From Schizochytrium sp. TIO01 (Eukaryota; Protista; Bigyra: Labyrinthulomycetes): DNA of 64,000 bases. The position numbers and the translations under genes are program-made. The DNA is taken from assembly GCA_004764695.1 (NCBI GenBank), contig SMSO01000025.1, positions 806,001 through 870,000 of the forward strand, given 5' to 3'. Shown piece after piece: positions 1 through 12,866 of the stretch. Numbering within the stretch: the stretch's first letter is position 1; the number at the start of each line of letters is the position of its first letter. The notes under the pieces were generated by a model. That model made no database searches. It had not been told where the DNA came from and saw only the letters and a program-made list of their open reading frames with translations.

Positions 1-1631
1 TTGAATTGCTCTGTTCTCATTCGCTCTTTGATTAAAACTTTCTGTAATAATATTTTAATTACAAACGAAAGCCCATGTCTCATCAGAGATTTATCAACAA
101 CGAGCGCGCTGTGTCTCACCTTTCAATTCAACAACTAAAATTTAACCAGAATGATCAATACAACAGCAGTACTTTTTTGGACAAAATTAAAAATAAATAT
201 ATATTTACATCTTCTTTTATTTTCCAACAAATAAATGCTGCTTGCTACCCCTGTAACTTCGAAACTCTCGAAAGTGCGGAGCCCTCAGAGGAAACAGGTT
301 AACAGAAAGAACACGCGCAGCAGCCTCGCCAATAAATAACATGCACACCATACTTGATCGAAACCTGCATTATTTTGTTTATTTATTTGTTTATTTATTT
401 ATTAATCCCTCGAATCAAACCAAATCCGCCCCTCTCTCTCTCTCAGGCAGCCGCTGCGATGCGAGATCTTGGGCGCTCCTGCTTGGGACCCCACGGAAGG
501 TCCACCCATCCATCCACGCGATGACGTTGTTGCGGTAAGGTGTCTGTCTGCCTCCACAGGATCTCGGCACCCCCCGAAGAAGCTAGAACCCCCTCGCAGC
601 TTCGCAGGTGCGCGAGAAAGAACTCTTTACGGGCGGCGGTGGCTCCAATTTCGTTGGCCAGGTCTCGAGATTCCTTGGCTCGCCTGCTTCCTCTTCGTTG
701 AGTTTGCTCGTTTTTCTTTGGGCCAGCCAGAGAGTTTCCACTCTGCTCTGCTGTGGACGTCCGCCATGCGCACTCATTCAGCCGCTGCGAGTAGATCGCT
801 TGGCCGCATGGAGGCTTGCTGCGCTTGGAATCGCAATGAAGGTTTTCTATATTTCTAAATCTACGTTATCAGAGAAAAAAAATAAATGCTGTCTTGTTTA
901 TTGATTTACCTTTTCTTTTCTTTTTAAATTAACAATATGGAGGTCTGTAGAAAGGAAAAGGAGCGAGCTAGATACATTCATTTATTCATTCATTCATTCA
1001 TTCACTCATTCATTCACTCATTCACTCATGTCTTCTTTCTTTCTTGGAGCTGGCTGGCTGGCTTGGGCGCAGTTGCCTTTGCTGATTTGCCACCTCTTTC
1101 ACACGCTCCCGTGAGTCTGTGAGGAGTCAAGGAGGCAGTCAGTTAGGCTCCCCTCGTTCTGTCTGGGAACACAGAGAGGCGGCGAACTTGGCATGGCCCA
1201 TCTTTTAACTGTAGCTCCCTATCTACATCCTAACTAGCAATCTCGAGAGCCGAGGATTCCCGATTAAGATCATCTGGAAGCAAGCAAGGACAAGCAGACA
1301 AAGCGTAAACATAGGAGCAAACAGATGACCAACTGATGATCCATTGAGCAAAGAAACAAGCCAAAGTCTCTCTGCTCCTGGAACTCGTGCTCTCTGAGGA
1401 GTTAGTTACCTGTCTACCGCACCCTCCTCAAGGCAGGCAGCCAAAGAGATCGATCGACCTATCTACGTTGACCCGATCGAGGGTAGATTTTTTAGTTGAC
1501 TGGCATTTTGGCATTTGTGCGCTCTGCGCCATTCTTCCTGTATTCGACAGCCGCAGATACTCACAGGCTGCTTATTTTAGAGTGGTCTGGGGAGTGAAAC
1601 AGTGGCATTTCCTCATTTACTTTTTATTCAA

Positions 1632-1694
1632 TCATTCATTCATTCATTCATTCATTCATTCATTCATTCATTCATTCATTCATTCATTCATTCA
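1632..1694. repeat. (CATT)n microsatellite
   Basis: Perfect tetranucleotide run read directly from the sequence. Confidence 0.95.
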
Positions 1695-1788
1695 CAAGTT
1701 TGTTCACTTGTTTCCCTGTTTACTTGTTCAGAAAAGGCAGTTGAATGTCGACGGGTTAGAATGAATGAAACATCTTTTGCTTGAAAAG

Positions 1789-1874
1789 CAAACAAACAAA
1801 CAAACAAACAAACAAACAAACAAACAAACAAACAAACAAACAAACAAACAAACAAACAAACAAACAAACAAACA
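1789..1874. repeat. (AAAC)n microsatellite
   Basis: Perfect tetranucleotide run. Confidence 0.95.
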
Positions 1875-3244
1875 TACCAGACAGGAATGATTCAGAGAAA
1901 ATGACACTTGATTCTTTTATTTTAAATTGCTATTTTTTCTTTAGAATACTATCTGTTATTTTATCATATAGCGAATGACGGTAATAATGACGGTAACATA
2001 TGTTAAAGCGCAACCAGGCACCGTCGAGGAGAAGCAACTCGAAGCACGGGCTCCTGGGATGAGCACCCCGCAGGAAAGGGGAAAGCAGCAGCTTCCCTTC
2101 TGCCCCCGCCGTTCACGAGGGCCGCTCTCTATCTCCGCGTGGCTGGGGTTCCCAGGTCGGGCCGCCTTCCTCTTTCCCCTTTCCTCTCCCGCTTCGACGC
2201 AGAAGCTTTTTGCTTGTTTCAAGTTCGTTTAGTTAGATCTTCGACTGTAGAATCCGGAGAGAAACTCGTCCATCTTCGGGAGAGCGCGAGTGAATGGAAT
2301 GAAAAGAAGAAGAAGAAGAAGAAGAAGAAGAAGAAGAAAGATTGAGTGAGTGAGTGCTCTCTTTAGCGCAGGAAGACTTTTTAAAGATTTCGTGAAAGGC
2401 TCTCCTGCGGACACTTGTGTGGGTTCGATCCACAGGGCCGCTTTGGTTGGTCTGCCTCAAGAGGAAGCGCCGAGAAAGAAAGAAACAAACAAAATGATCT
2501 AATATAATATATTTAATTTAAATTTATTTAAAATAAAATAAAAAAGAGCAATTCAACTTAACTTAGCTTAATTTAACTCGACCTGATTTTATTTGACTGA
2601 CTGCGACGCGGCGCGAGTTTCCATTCACCCCCCTCACTCGATAGCCGTCCTCCCTTTTCATGCGAACTATGCTGTGTGATGTACCGACGAATACACATCA
2701 CCGGATCCGTCTTCTGAACAAAGAGTGTTGGCTCAAACGAGGACTCTTTGCGTTGGAGCTTTTAAAAAAAACTTGCCTGGAAACGAGCTGCCTGAAAGGC
2801 TTCTCGGGAAGGGGCTTTGGGCTGCCTGAATGTCTGAGCAAACAGACAGTCTGAGTCTGTCTGCAAAGCAAAGCAAAGCAAAGCAAAGCAAAACGAAGCA
2901 AAGAACAAACAAACAAACAAACAAACAAACAAACAAACAATCAAAGAGTAGCAGCAGTGTCAGGTGTGGAGAGGTGTCGCCTCACGCGGACTCTTCCCAG
3001 TGCGCTGCGAAATCTTGGCCTCCTGCTTCTCTTGGGATTCGTGCTTTGTGTTAGCAAGTTTGTTAGTAGGTAGGGAGGTAGTACGCGCCCGTAGTCTGAG
3101 ACCCCCTTTCGCTCTCTTGAGACGATCGAAAGCAGGTCATTCTAGTTAGTCGCCATTCCATTGAACATTGAGGAGTGGGTTCGACAGGCGCCGCGAGGAG
3201 GGAGAGGAGAAGCCGAGCCCGTGAAGGGCTGCCAATTGGATTGG

Positions 3245-3473
3245 TTGTTTGTTTGTTTGTTTGTTTGTTTGTTGTTTGTTTGTTTGTTTGTTTGTTTGTT
3301 TGTTTGTTTGGTTGTTTGTTTGTTTGTTTGTTTGTTTGTTTGTTTGTTTGTTTGTTTGTTTGTTTGTTTGTTTGTTTGTTTGTTTGTTTGTTTGTTTGTT
3401 TGTTTGTTTGTTTGTTTGTTTGTTTGTTTGTTTGTTTGTTTGTTTGTTTGTTTGTTTGTTTGTTTGTTTGTTT
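3245..3473. repeat. (GTTT)n microsatellite, ~230 bp
   Basis: Near-perfect run; it is the source of the spurious FVCL-repeat ORFs. Confidence 0.95.
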
Positions 3474-6400
3474 ACTTGTTTGCTTATTTGCTTATTTGCC
3501 TCTCAAGGCCTGACGAAAGAAGTGCTTGCTTGACCTGTGGAAAAGTTAATAGACCTGCGCGGCCAGGAAGTTCTTTGAGGCCTGCGAGTTAGCTTTGATT
3601 TCGTGATTTCTTTTTATAAAAAGCAATCAAAGTAACTCCTCCTGCTCCTCGCTCCATTGCTTGTTTCGGTTGGTAAATTCGAGAGACTAATTAGGGCCAG
3701 GATGCCACAACTTTTGGTATACTAACGGAGACCCTAAAAGAAAAAGAAATTCGTTGCACCAGCGCTCGTCTATTTGGGAACAAGAAATACTGATATGATT
3801 TTGGTTGGTTGATTGGCAGGTTGGTTGAATTCTGAACCCAAACAAATAAAGTGGTTGAGCTGGCTTGTGAGGGGTGGCCCTAATAAAATGCAAGCAAACT
3901 CCCTTTGCAGTGATTGGTCATCGTCCCAGTCCAAAACTGACGGTCCTTCTAATAATATTTAAAACAAAAAGAAAAGAGAAGCTGCATCGGCTTCACTCGT
4001 GAAGGATGCCCTAAAAGGAAGCGTCTTTTCCTTTCTCTCGCCCTCGCCAGCATTCATTCATCCACGCAAGCTCTCCTCCCCTTTGAAAACACTTGCCTGA
4101 ACCAATTACCACAAAACTGGATACCACAAACAAATCGCAAATTAACCCGCCCCACTCCAAACGACGAAATGCGCCCAATGCTCTTTGCCAAATTCTTTGG
4201 CGCATCCGCCGAAGAGCGTCCACCTCCGCCACTTGTTTACATTTTAGATTTAACTCCCACCGCTTCTTGCAGGGCTGCAGCTAGCGCCTTATACCCTCAG
4301 GAATATGCCAAATCGCACCCGAGGTCTCTGCTTTGTGCTCACTTCTCGAGACCACGTCGGCGCCCTTCGAGTCGTTGCGTCCGCCGAGAACAACTAATCA
4401 CAATCGGCGCCTTTAACACTCGCTATGCCCACACGAAAAGTGTCCCTGCTTCCTTTCTTTCACTTGCCATGTCCAAAACCTATTGTAAGAAGCTACTTCG
4501 TGGAACCTAAGTTTCACTTTTCAAATTTCTTCCTGTTTTTTTATTTTAAAGGGAAATACAGAAAACAAAACAAGTTTGAAGATGCGCTCTTTTTTAAAAT
4601 AAGTACATAGATTGATTGATTCCTTTGTAAGTGGCGATCTAGCACCCCTGGGCACTCACTGCCTACCTAACGAGGTGTTAAAGACAGTGTGGCAGGCAGT
4701 CAGTCAGTCAGATTTTTAGTTTAGGTACCTGGAGGCGCTAGGTCCACACTACGGCCCTGCGAGAGGAAGCCCTGGCACCAGGCCATGGTAGGAGTACTAC
4801 TGGCAGAACGTCGGAGCAGACACTCACTCACCTCTGCTTCCTCTCACCCTGGGCCAAGATTCTGTCTGCGAGGGTTGGAGGGCCTTCTTGCTTCGTTTCT
4901 TCGTTGCTTTGTTTATTTCTCTCTTCTCCTCCAAGCTCCTTTGGCGAGCGAGAACTTTGGGGTTCTGCGGCTCTCGGCGCAAGAGAGGAACACCTAAAAG
5001 CGTCCGCTCAACACTCGGGTTCCAAGGTTAGGATGGAACACCGTCGGTGGAGGAGGAGGAGAGAAGAAAAGAAGAAGGAAGGAGGGCTTGGAGTGGTTTC
5101 GCGCTGGACGCTTCTTCTCCCTCTCTGTGTTCTCGAACAGCCAGCAACAAGAATGACAAGCGCAGGTCTTTTCTCTTTCGCCAAGTTGCTTGCCTTGTTG
5201 GCTTGTTTATTTCTTTGTCTTATTTTGTTGAGAATTGTGGCTCATGGAGGAAATCGAGTCGAAGAATAATTTACGGGAATCTGAGGGTGGTATGGTTTCT
5301 TTCAAAGAAGAAGTTGACGTGCAAAATAGGTAGATCGACTCAGTCGATCTCTTTCTTCTGCATTTCTCTTCGTCTCCTGCTCGAGAAGCCTCTGCCGCTC
5401 CAAGATGAATGGAATCCTGGCGACCAAGCTTTGAATAAAGTGCTGTTGAAGTCGTTTGTTATCGTTCAGTTTCCTGGCGTCTGCAGTCTGTCGGTCTGTC
5501 AGTGAGTGAGTCACCAGATGAAGTGGAGGCCCTTCCTCTCGTGTTCCTTTCTGTTAACGCTTTCCCTCCATTTACCTCAATACGCCATGCTCCATGTCCA
5601 TTTAGAGAAACTTAGGCGCAGGGTTGCGACATGCGCTGAGTCTTTTTATCTTTTTGCTTGGAAATGTATGGATCATCAAATAGTTAATTGATCGCTTCGG
5701 TGAATGAATGAATGAATGAATGTAAAGATAGTAAAAAGAGAAATGAATGCACGCACGCACGCATGGAATAGACGGACGGATGGACGGAGGTATAGGCAGC
5801 ACAAAGAAGCACTACGAAATCCCTTGACTCTGTCTATAACACGAAAACCAATGATCTTTTGTCCCCGTTCAAACACCGGTAGACAGCAGGCATCTTTCTC
5901 CTTTAGACTAAGCCTCGTCACCCACAGCTAGAATCAGTTATTCATCATTTTTATTTTTTAAAATAATTAAATTAAATATTCAAAATCTTTAATTTAAACA
6001 AGTAAGATAAACATACATATAAATCACTCGAAAGAGGAGACCACCCATGATGATGAATTAAACACCAAAGGACCATCGATGCCAAGCGCAGAGCAGAGAG
6101 AGCATGGAGCTATGGCCGTGTCGAGGGGCCCTGAGGCGCCGCCAGACCAGATAAGGCCAGGCTGACTGGACCGATCCGTCGAGGTTCCTCCTCGGATCCT
6201 CCTCCACTGTTGAGCTGAGAGGACGGAGGAGAGGCAGGCTTCCCGGCGGGCACGAGCCGATACCGAGTACGTTCTATGGGTGATATTACAATCAATGATG
6301 AACAACTTGAGCTTTTAGATATATATATATACCAAGAGACAGACAGACCCTTTGGGCGCAGTCAGTATCTATGCAAGTTGGATGTCTGTTTGCATTCATT

Positions 6401-6759
6401 CAAAGATAAGCCCTCTTCCTTTGATAAACCTCTCTTTCATCCGAAACCTATTAGGGATTCGTCGGTGCGTTGCTTGCCTTGTTTGATTGTACGCCCGGGC
6501 AGACAGGTACTTCGAGCGCGCCACCACAGCAAGAGTGACCTCAGCCAGCCAGCCAGCCAGCCAGCCAGCCGCCAGGCTGCTTGCCAGGAGATGCTGGCAG
6601 TCCCCGAAGAGGTCTCCGGGTGGCTTTTTTAAAAAACATTGCATTTCACGGATAAAGTGGGAAATATAAAACTAGACAGAGAGAAACTAGCATGATATGC
6701 GAGCGAGGGAGCGAGCGGGCCTTTCAAGGTGCATTCGCTGCTCGCGTACTTATAATTAT

Positions 6760-6840
6760 TGATTGATTGATGAGTTGATTGATGAGTTGATTGATGAGTT
6801 GATTGATGAGTTGATTGATGAGTTGATTGATGGGTTGATT
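6760..6840. repeat. 12-bp minisatellite (TGATTGATGAGT), about 6 copies
   Basis: Direct tandem copies visible in the sequence. Confidence 0.9.
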
Positions 6841-9110
6841 TAGTTGTTGCGAGGATACCTGCGCACCAAAAGACGCAGGCCGTCATGCTTGCATCTGACT
6901 TCTTTGTTGTAAATTATTTTTATATCCAACTGAGAGTAGCTATAGATATAGCCAAAGAGCTAACTATACAAAAATACTTTTTTCTCAATTATACAATTTC
7001 TAATTTCGTTGCCCTCTTTGACAAGATCGAATGGGATGAAACCAAGTGAGATCGATTTAGCACGTGGAAGTAAGTAAATAGTTATCTGGAGAGGGCTTCA
7101 GATTAATCATTTCTTATCTTACGAAAGGTCAATTTTCTGAGAAAACTCGAAGCAATTTTTTTAAAAGAGAGAATGAGAGGCAAAAAGGAAGCCTGCTACA
7201 GACAGTGCTTCGAACATATCATCTTTCCTTTATATAATTTCAATCAAACGTTCTTTTTCTCTTTTTCTTTTTCTTTTTTATAATTATATACAGGTATGAC
7301 AAACTACCTTTGATTTCAAGCTTCTGAACACGCAAAGGGATAGCAAGAGCCAGCAGTGCCGGCGCTCACCTGCGGTATACAGCGCTCTATCCGCGCCCCG
7401 AAGCAGAAAGTCTTTCGTCTCCTCCTCCTCCTTTCATGCGGCTGCCCTTTCTGCTGCTGCTAGTGGGCGTTCCGTATCTGTTCTTCACCCGTTCCCCCTT
7501 ATTTAAAACTATCCCACTTACTCGCCTACTTATCCACTTGTACCTCCTTATCTACTTACTTACCTCCTTACTTACCTCAAGTTGCTTACTATTGATTGCA
7601 TTGCCTGAGGAGGAGAGAGAGAGAGAGAGAGTCCGGGGTCAGGCGAGGTCAAGGCCAGTCAGGCGGCCGCTCGAGCGGAACCTGGGCCACGCATGGCCTG
7701 AGGCGCGGCGCTGTTTGCTGCGGTGCGGCAGAGGCCTCGAGGCGAAGCAGGCCGATCGACTGACTGGCTGCTTTTCATGGCCACGACCGTGTAAATGCAG
7801 GCATCCTCGAGCTGGGTGTCCTCGAGAGATTCCGGTGCTGCGTACCCTGCGCTAATCAATAGCAGGAGGTCGAGCCTGGTGAAAGCTAACATCGAATTCG
7901 AGAGAAGACAGGCAGGCAGGCAGGCAGGCAATCCATCCATCCATCCGTGCATCCACCTGTGCTTGCGGGCGCGTTGAAGTTCTTCGGCAGCGAACGGCGC
8001 TCTCGCTCTTGCGCGCTTCTCGAGCAGAAATCGCGATGGAAGTCCACCAAAAAAGATCCGCCGCTCAAAGCTCAGTATTCAAAGAAGACAAGAAAGAAAG
8101 AGAGGAAGTCCATCCATTTTCCGAATGCTTTCTCAGTAGTCTGTCGGTGTCATGTTATAAAGCACGCAAGTTGAAAACGAAACGAAGCGGGAAAAGGAGA
8201 AAAGAAAGAGGCAGGTAGGTGGTAGGTATCTATTTATTTATTCATTTATTCATTTATTCATTTATTCATTTATTCATTTATTCACTTATTCATTTATTGC
8301 CGAGAAGGAAGGAACTTGCTTGCTCGAAAGGGAGAGCACAAAGAGAGGAAGAGACAAACGGGAAAAGGCGGCGGTGGTTCGGAGTCGAAACGAGATTGTG
8401 GAGGATCGGAGCAGGCTCCGGGATGCCTGCCTCCCAGCGAAACTAGCGGCGACCACACCGATACGCGGCTGCCCTCCTGCCTGCCTGCATGCCTGCCTGC
8501 CTGCCTGCCTGCATGGCTGGCCGGCTGGCTGACCTGGCCCGCCTCAGAAGCCCGCCTTGTCGAAAACCTCAGGCTTCGAGGCACGCTGCTTCGCAAAGGC
8601 CTCAGGAGACCTCGAAGAGGTTGGGTATTCGCAGTTTAGTTTAAATTCGTTTTTATTCGCGTTCGTTCATTCATCAAAGGAGGAAGAGTGCTAAAAGAAG
8701 ACCAGGCAGGGAAGCAGCCCCTCCTTTCCTTTTTCCCTGTCTGTCTTCGTTCGCTCTTTGGCTCGAAGGTAGTAAGGAAGTAGAAAGAAAGAAAGAAAGG
8801 AAGGAAGGAAGGAAGGAAGGAAGTAGTTCTCTGGTTTCCCCATCGCTGACTCGAGGTGCTGCTCACACAGCACACGCGCGACTCGCGCAGTAATTGATTA
8901 ATCGCTCGCTCGTTGCTTGCTTCCTTTTACTTTGTCTTCTTTTGGCTCTTTGTTTGTTAGTTAGTTAGTTTGTTTGTTTGTTTCCTTTTGCTTTTGCTTT
9001 TGCTTTTGCTTTTATTTGTTTGTTTCTTTGCTCGTTGTCTGCTGGTCTGTTGGTTGGTCTGCTCGCTTGCCCCGAGTTCGTGACGCTACATTTGCTTGAA
9101 GGACAGAGAT

Positions 9111-9159
9111 GATCGTGGACCACGATCGTGGATTACGATCGTGGATCACGATCGTGGAT
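9111..9159. repeat. 13-bp tandem repeat with a palindromic core (CACGATCGTG)
   Basis: gatcgtgga-ccacgatcgtgga-ttacgatcgtgga-tcacgatcgtgga. Confidence 0.9.
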
Positions 9160-9613
9160 GGATTTGCAATGGTGGCAGCCCGAGAAAGGAACAAACTAAC
9201 CAAGAAACTGTACGAGGCCGACGGAACTGTATGATGCACCGTTGCGGCACGGCTGCTTGAGTCTGCCTCTTCGGCTGTATGGATGGCTATTCGTTCGGCA
9301 TTCGCCTTTCAAGTTCTTTTATTATAATGATAACTGTCACTTGACATTACTTTAGCGCAAAATAACTTACCTTCAAGTGTTTCTTTCATACAAAGAGATC
9401 AAAGCTGAGGTTTAGAACTGTGGTGGCGAATAAACAGATAGACAATCAAACAAACAGACAACCAAACAAACAGACAGACAACCAAACAAACAGACAATCA
9501 AACAAACAGACAAACAAACAAACAAACAGACAGAGAGACGAACGAACGATCTATCTGTCTGTCTATGATTCGCCATACGCGATCTCATCCGTCAGTTTCG
9601 AGAGATTTCGTTC

Positions 9614-9677
9614 GCTCTGCTCTGCTCTGCTCTGCTCTGCTCTGCTCTGCTCTGCTCTGCTCTGCTCTGCTCTGCTC
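9614..9677. repeat. (CTCTG)n microsatellite
   Basis: Perfect pentanucleotide run. Confidence 0.95.
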
Positions 9678-10755
9678 TTCTTTGGAGTCCTTGAACCATC
9701 GCGACCGTGAGTCCCATGCTTGCGTGAGAGATTCTCTCGCATCGCTTTCTGCTTTCCTTGCTACCTACCCGAACCACCGATGTCGAGTAACGAATGAAGC
9801 GCTGCGGGTTCAAGTTCGGCAGAAGAGCGGAGAATAAGTCCTGTCTGTCCTTTGCGCTCTCTGATTCTTGTCAACTTCGGCCTTCCTCCTGTTCATCACC
9901 TATAAAAGTTCGTTTCCAACAGGGTTGCGTAGGGTCATCATCCTACGAAGGAATTTAGGGGACGTTATTACCAGTGCCAGTGTACCAGCACCACTACTAC
10001 GTACTACTCAGCCACTCCGCTTCAAGGCGAAAGAGCAGCGAAGGGAGATCAATTGAAAAAGCAAAGCGATGGAGGCAGTCTAATATATAACACACAGTAG
10101 TTCGTGTTTCCTTCTTTCGGGCTTCTCTGCGCCTTCTTTATTTTATTTGAGCGATGTTCTGGTGGAAAACATAAATGTGAAAGATAGATAGATAGATAGA
10201 TACCTGTGGTCGCGCCTTCTTTTCCATAGAAAGAACACTCACTCGTGCTTCGCGGTGCCTCTGCTGATCTCTCCAGTACGTGAAGGTCTGCGGCGCCCAC
10301 GCAGCTCCCATCCCGCCTGAGCTTGAGCCTGAGCTTGAACCTGATCTTGGCTTTGGCTTTGGCCCTAGCTTGAAGGTGTTCTTGTTCTTGTTCTTGTTCT
10401 TGTTCCCGTTCCCGTTCCCGTTCCCGTTCTCGTTTTTGTTGTTGTTCTCGTTCAAGCTCGGGAATCTCGATCTTGAGCCCCTTCTCCTCTTCGGCTGAGG
10501 CGGCGTTGGCAGAGCCCTCGGGATTCCGCGGCGCAGCGCTCGGGATTGAGCCACAGACCCTGAGCGCTCAGGGCAGCTTGTGGCCAGCTGCCTGGTCCTG
10601 CTCCAGCCTGGCCAGGGCGCAGTTCTCGATCACAACGCAGTTCCCAGAGCTTTGTGAAGGCCACCAAACTATGAAGAGGAGGCCTGAGCGAAGTGAAGCA
10701 CAATCGTTCAAAGAGGCCCAACTCTTGAAAAGGCCCAAAAGAGAGGGCGGCCCTA

Positions 10756-10907
<152 letters not shown>

Positions 10908-11906
10908 GCAGGCAGGTCAGCCAGAGGCGAAAGAAGAACTCAGCTAGCTGGGTAAGCGCTGTAGAAGCGCGAGTGAAGAGCTGAGGAACGACGGGGCCTG
11001 AGCTGAAGATCGAATAGAGCTTCGGAAGGATGCAAGCTCCAGGTTGTCGTCAACCTTTGCGCTCTTGCATCAATATTAACCTTAGTTTTAGCTTAATTTA
11101 TGATTTTATTTTATACTTTTATACTGCTTTTAGTCTGCTTTTAGTCTGCTTTTATTCTGCTTTTATAAAATGACTCGGAATGAATGAATGAACCAAACAA
11201 GCGATGAGAGAGGCAGCACTTTGGAAAAGCCAAAGCTTGTCTTATCTTAGTGTGCGTACGTCTGAAGAACGCAGCTGAAGGAGCAGCATCCTTCGCTCTG
11301 AAGTTGCACGGACTGCGCTCGGCTGGTTGCCAACTAGCTTGCTCGCAGCCTTTCTCAGGACTACCGCTGGTAGGTCATACGACTACGCACGGTGCTCCTT
11401 TTTCGCTCCTTCCTTTTGCTTTGATTGTTTATCTTTGCATTTTGTGGTTACTTTTTCCCCTTTAAGCAAATGCTCATCAAATTTTTGAAAGAAAACGGAG
11501 AAGCTCCTTCTCCTTGAAAGTAGTTTTATTTTGTTTCTTTATAAAATGTACTTTGGAAACTTCAAAATGAAATCGAGGTAAGAAGATACACACGAATTGC
11601 GATGATATGAGCTGTCTATTTTCTTAATTTCTTATAAAGTTGTCAGTGTTTGGAAAGTTCGCACAAAGAAACAAGGAACGTGAAACATGGAGAATAACGT
11701 GAAGTGCCTTTTATGTCCAGGTACCGGATCCCCACAGTCCATGGCGGTCTGCTTGTTTTTCTTTCTTTCTTTCTTTGCCTTCTTGTCCTAGCTAGGTAGG
11801 TACCTGCTGCTCACCCAGCTAACTACTAAAGCGGCACTTGTTTCTTTGTTCATTACACCCACCCACTGAGTGACCAGACTTTCTCCTGCCTCCTCAAAGT
11901 CTCTCT

Positions 11907-11937
<31 letters not shown>

Positions 11938-12108
11938 AGTTAAAGTGGCTCTCCTGGCTTTTTCCCTCGCCTGCGCTATCTGCCCACTAGTACCTGCTAT
12001 GGAGCGAATTAGTTGCTGTGTCTAGGTCTCTGGTAGCTGAGGTGCTGCTCTGCTGAGGCCAACGGCAAACGGGCCAAGATCCTGTTAGTGGCCCCGCACT
12101 GCAGGCTA

Positions 12109-12157
12109 TGAAGAAGAAGAAGAAGAAGAAGAAGAAGAAGAAGAAGAAGAAGAAGAA
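12109..12157. repeat. (AAG)n microsatellite
   Basis: Perfect trinucleotide run; similar runs at ~2304-2338 and, as CTT, ~11907-11936. Confidence 0.9.
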
Positions 12158-12737
12158 GGGACATCTGAGAGAGGGCTGAGGATGCTGAGGCCCGTTGTGG
12201 TACGCGTGAACAAACAATGATGGTCTCTTTAACTTGATTATTGCTTTTGTTTGGGTTTTTATTCATAGTTTTATTCAACGAGTAAAAGGTCAAGTTTTTT
12301 AAGTTTCTTTTTTTTTAAGTTTCTTTTTATAATTAATTATTTAAAATATAAGGTATGAAACTTTAGAGATTCATTTTTATCTTTCTTTCTTTCTTTCTTC
12401 TTTTCTTAAAGAACTTGAAATAGGATATCATCGTGCAGCAGTAAAAAGGTACCTTCATTGTCTATCTATAAAACCATCGCGATTCTCCTTCTTTTCTTGG
12501 AATGGCAATCAGCTGTCTAGAGACAAACTGTGTGAGTGAGGAGAATGAAGAAGGGAGGAAAGAAGGAAGGAAGGAAGGGAGGAAGCAGGCAGAGGAGTCC
12601 ACGACGGTACGGACACTGTGCGTGTTCAAGTTGGCGCGAGGAAGCAATGGGCAAAGGGAACCAGGCGAATGCACCCACCGATCTGCGACTTGCTAGAGAG
12701 AGTTTTTAGGCAGAACAAATAGCAGGTGCGCATGATC

Positions 12738-12866
12738 TGTTTGTTTGTTTGTTTGTTTGTTTGTTTGTTTGTTTGTTTGTTTGTTTGTTTGTTTGTTTGT
12801 TTGTTTGTTTGTTTGTTTGTTTGTTTGTTTGTTTGTTTGTTTGTTTGTTTGTTTGTTTGTTTGTTT
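12738..12866. repeat. (GTTT)n microsatellite
   Basis: Perfect tetranucleotide run. Confidence 0.95.

Noticed and set aside
2390-2445. GGGTTCGATCC resembling a tRNA T-loop / B-box
   Set aside because: No acceptor, D or anticodon stems can be built around it.
3161-3592. ORFs with FVCL repeats (likewise the KQTN, HSFI, SINQ and LCSAL repeat ORFs elsewhere)
   Set aside because: Translations of stop-free microsatellites, not proteins.
6760-9540. Short tandem repeats considered as CRISPR-like arrays
   Set aside because: No unique spacers between repeats, no cas genes, and a eukaryotic context.
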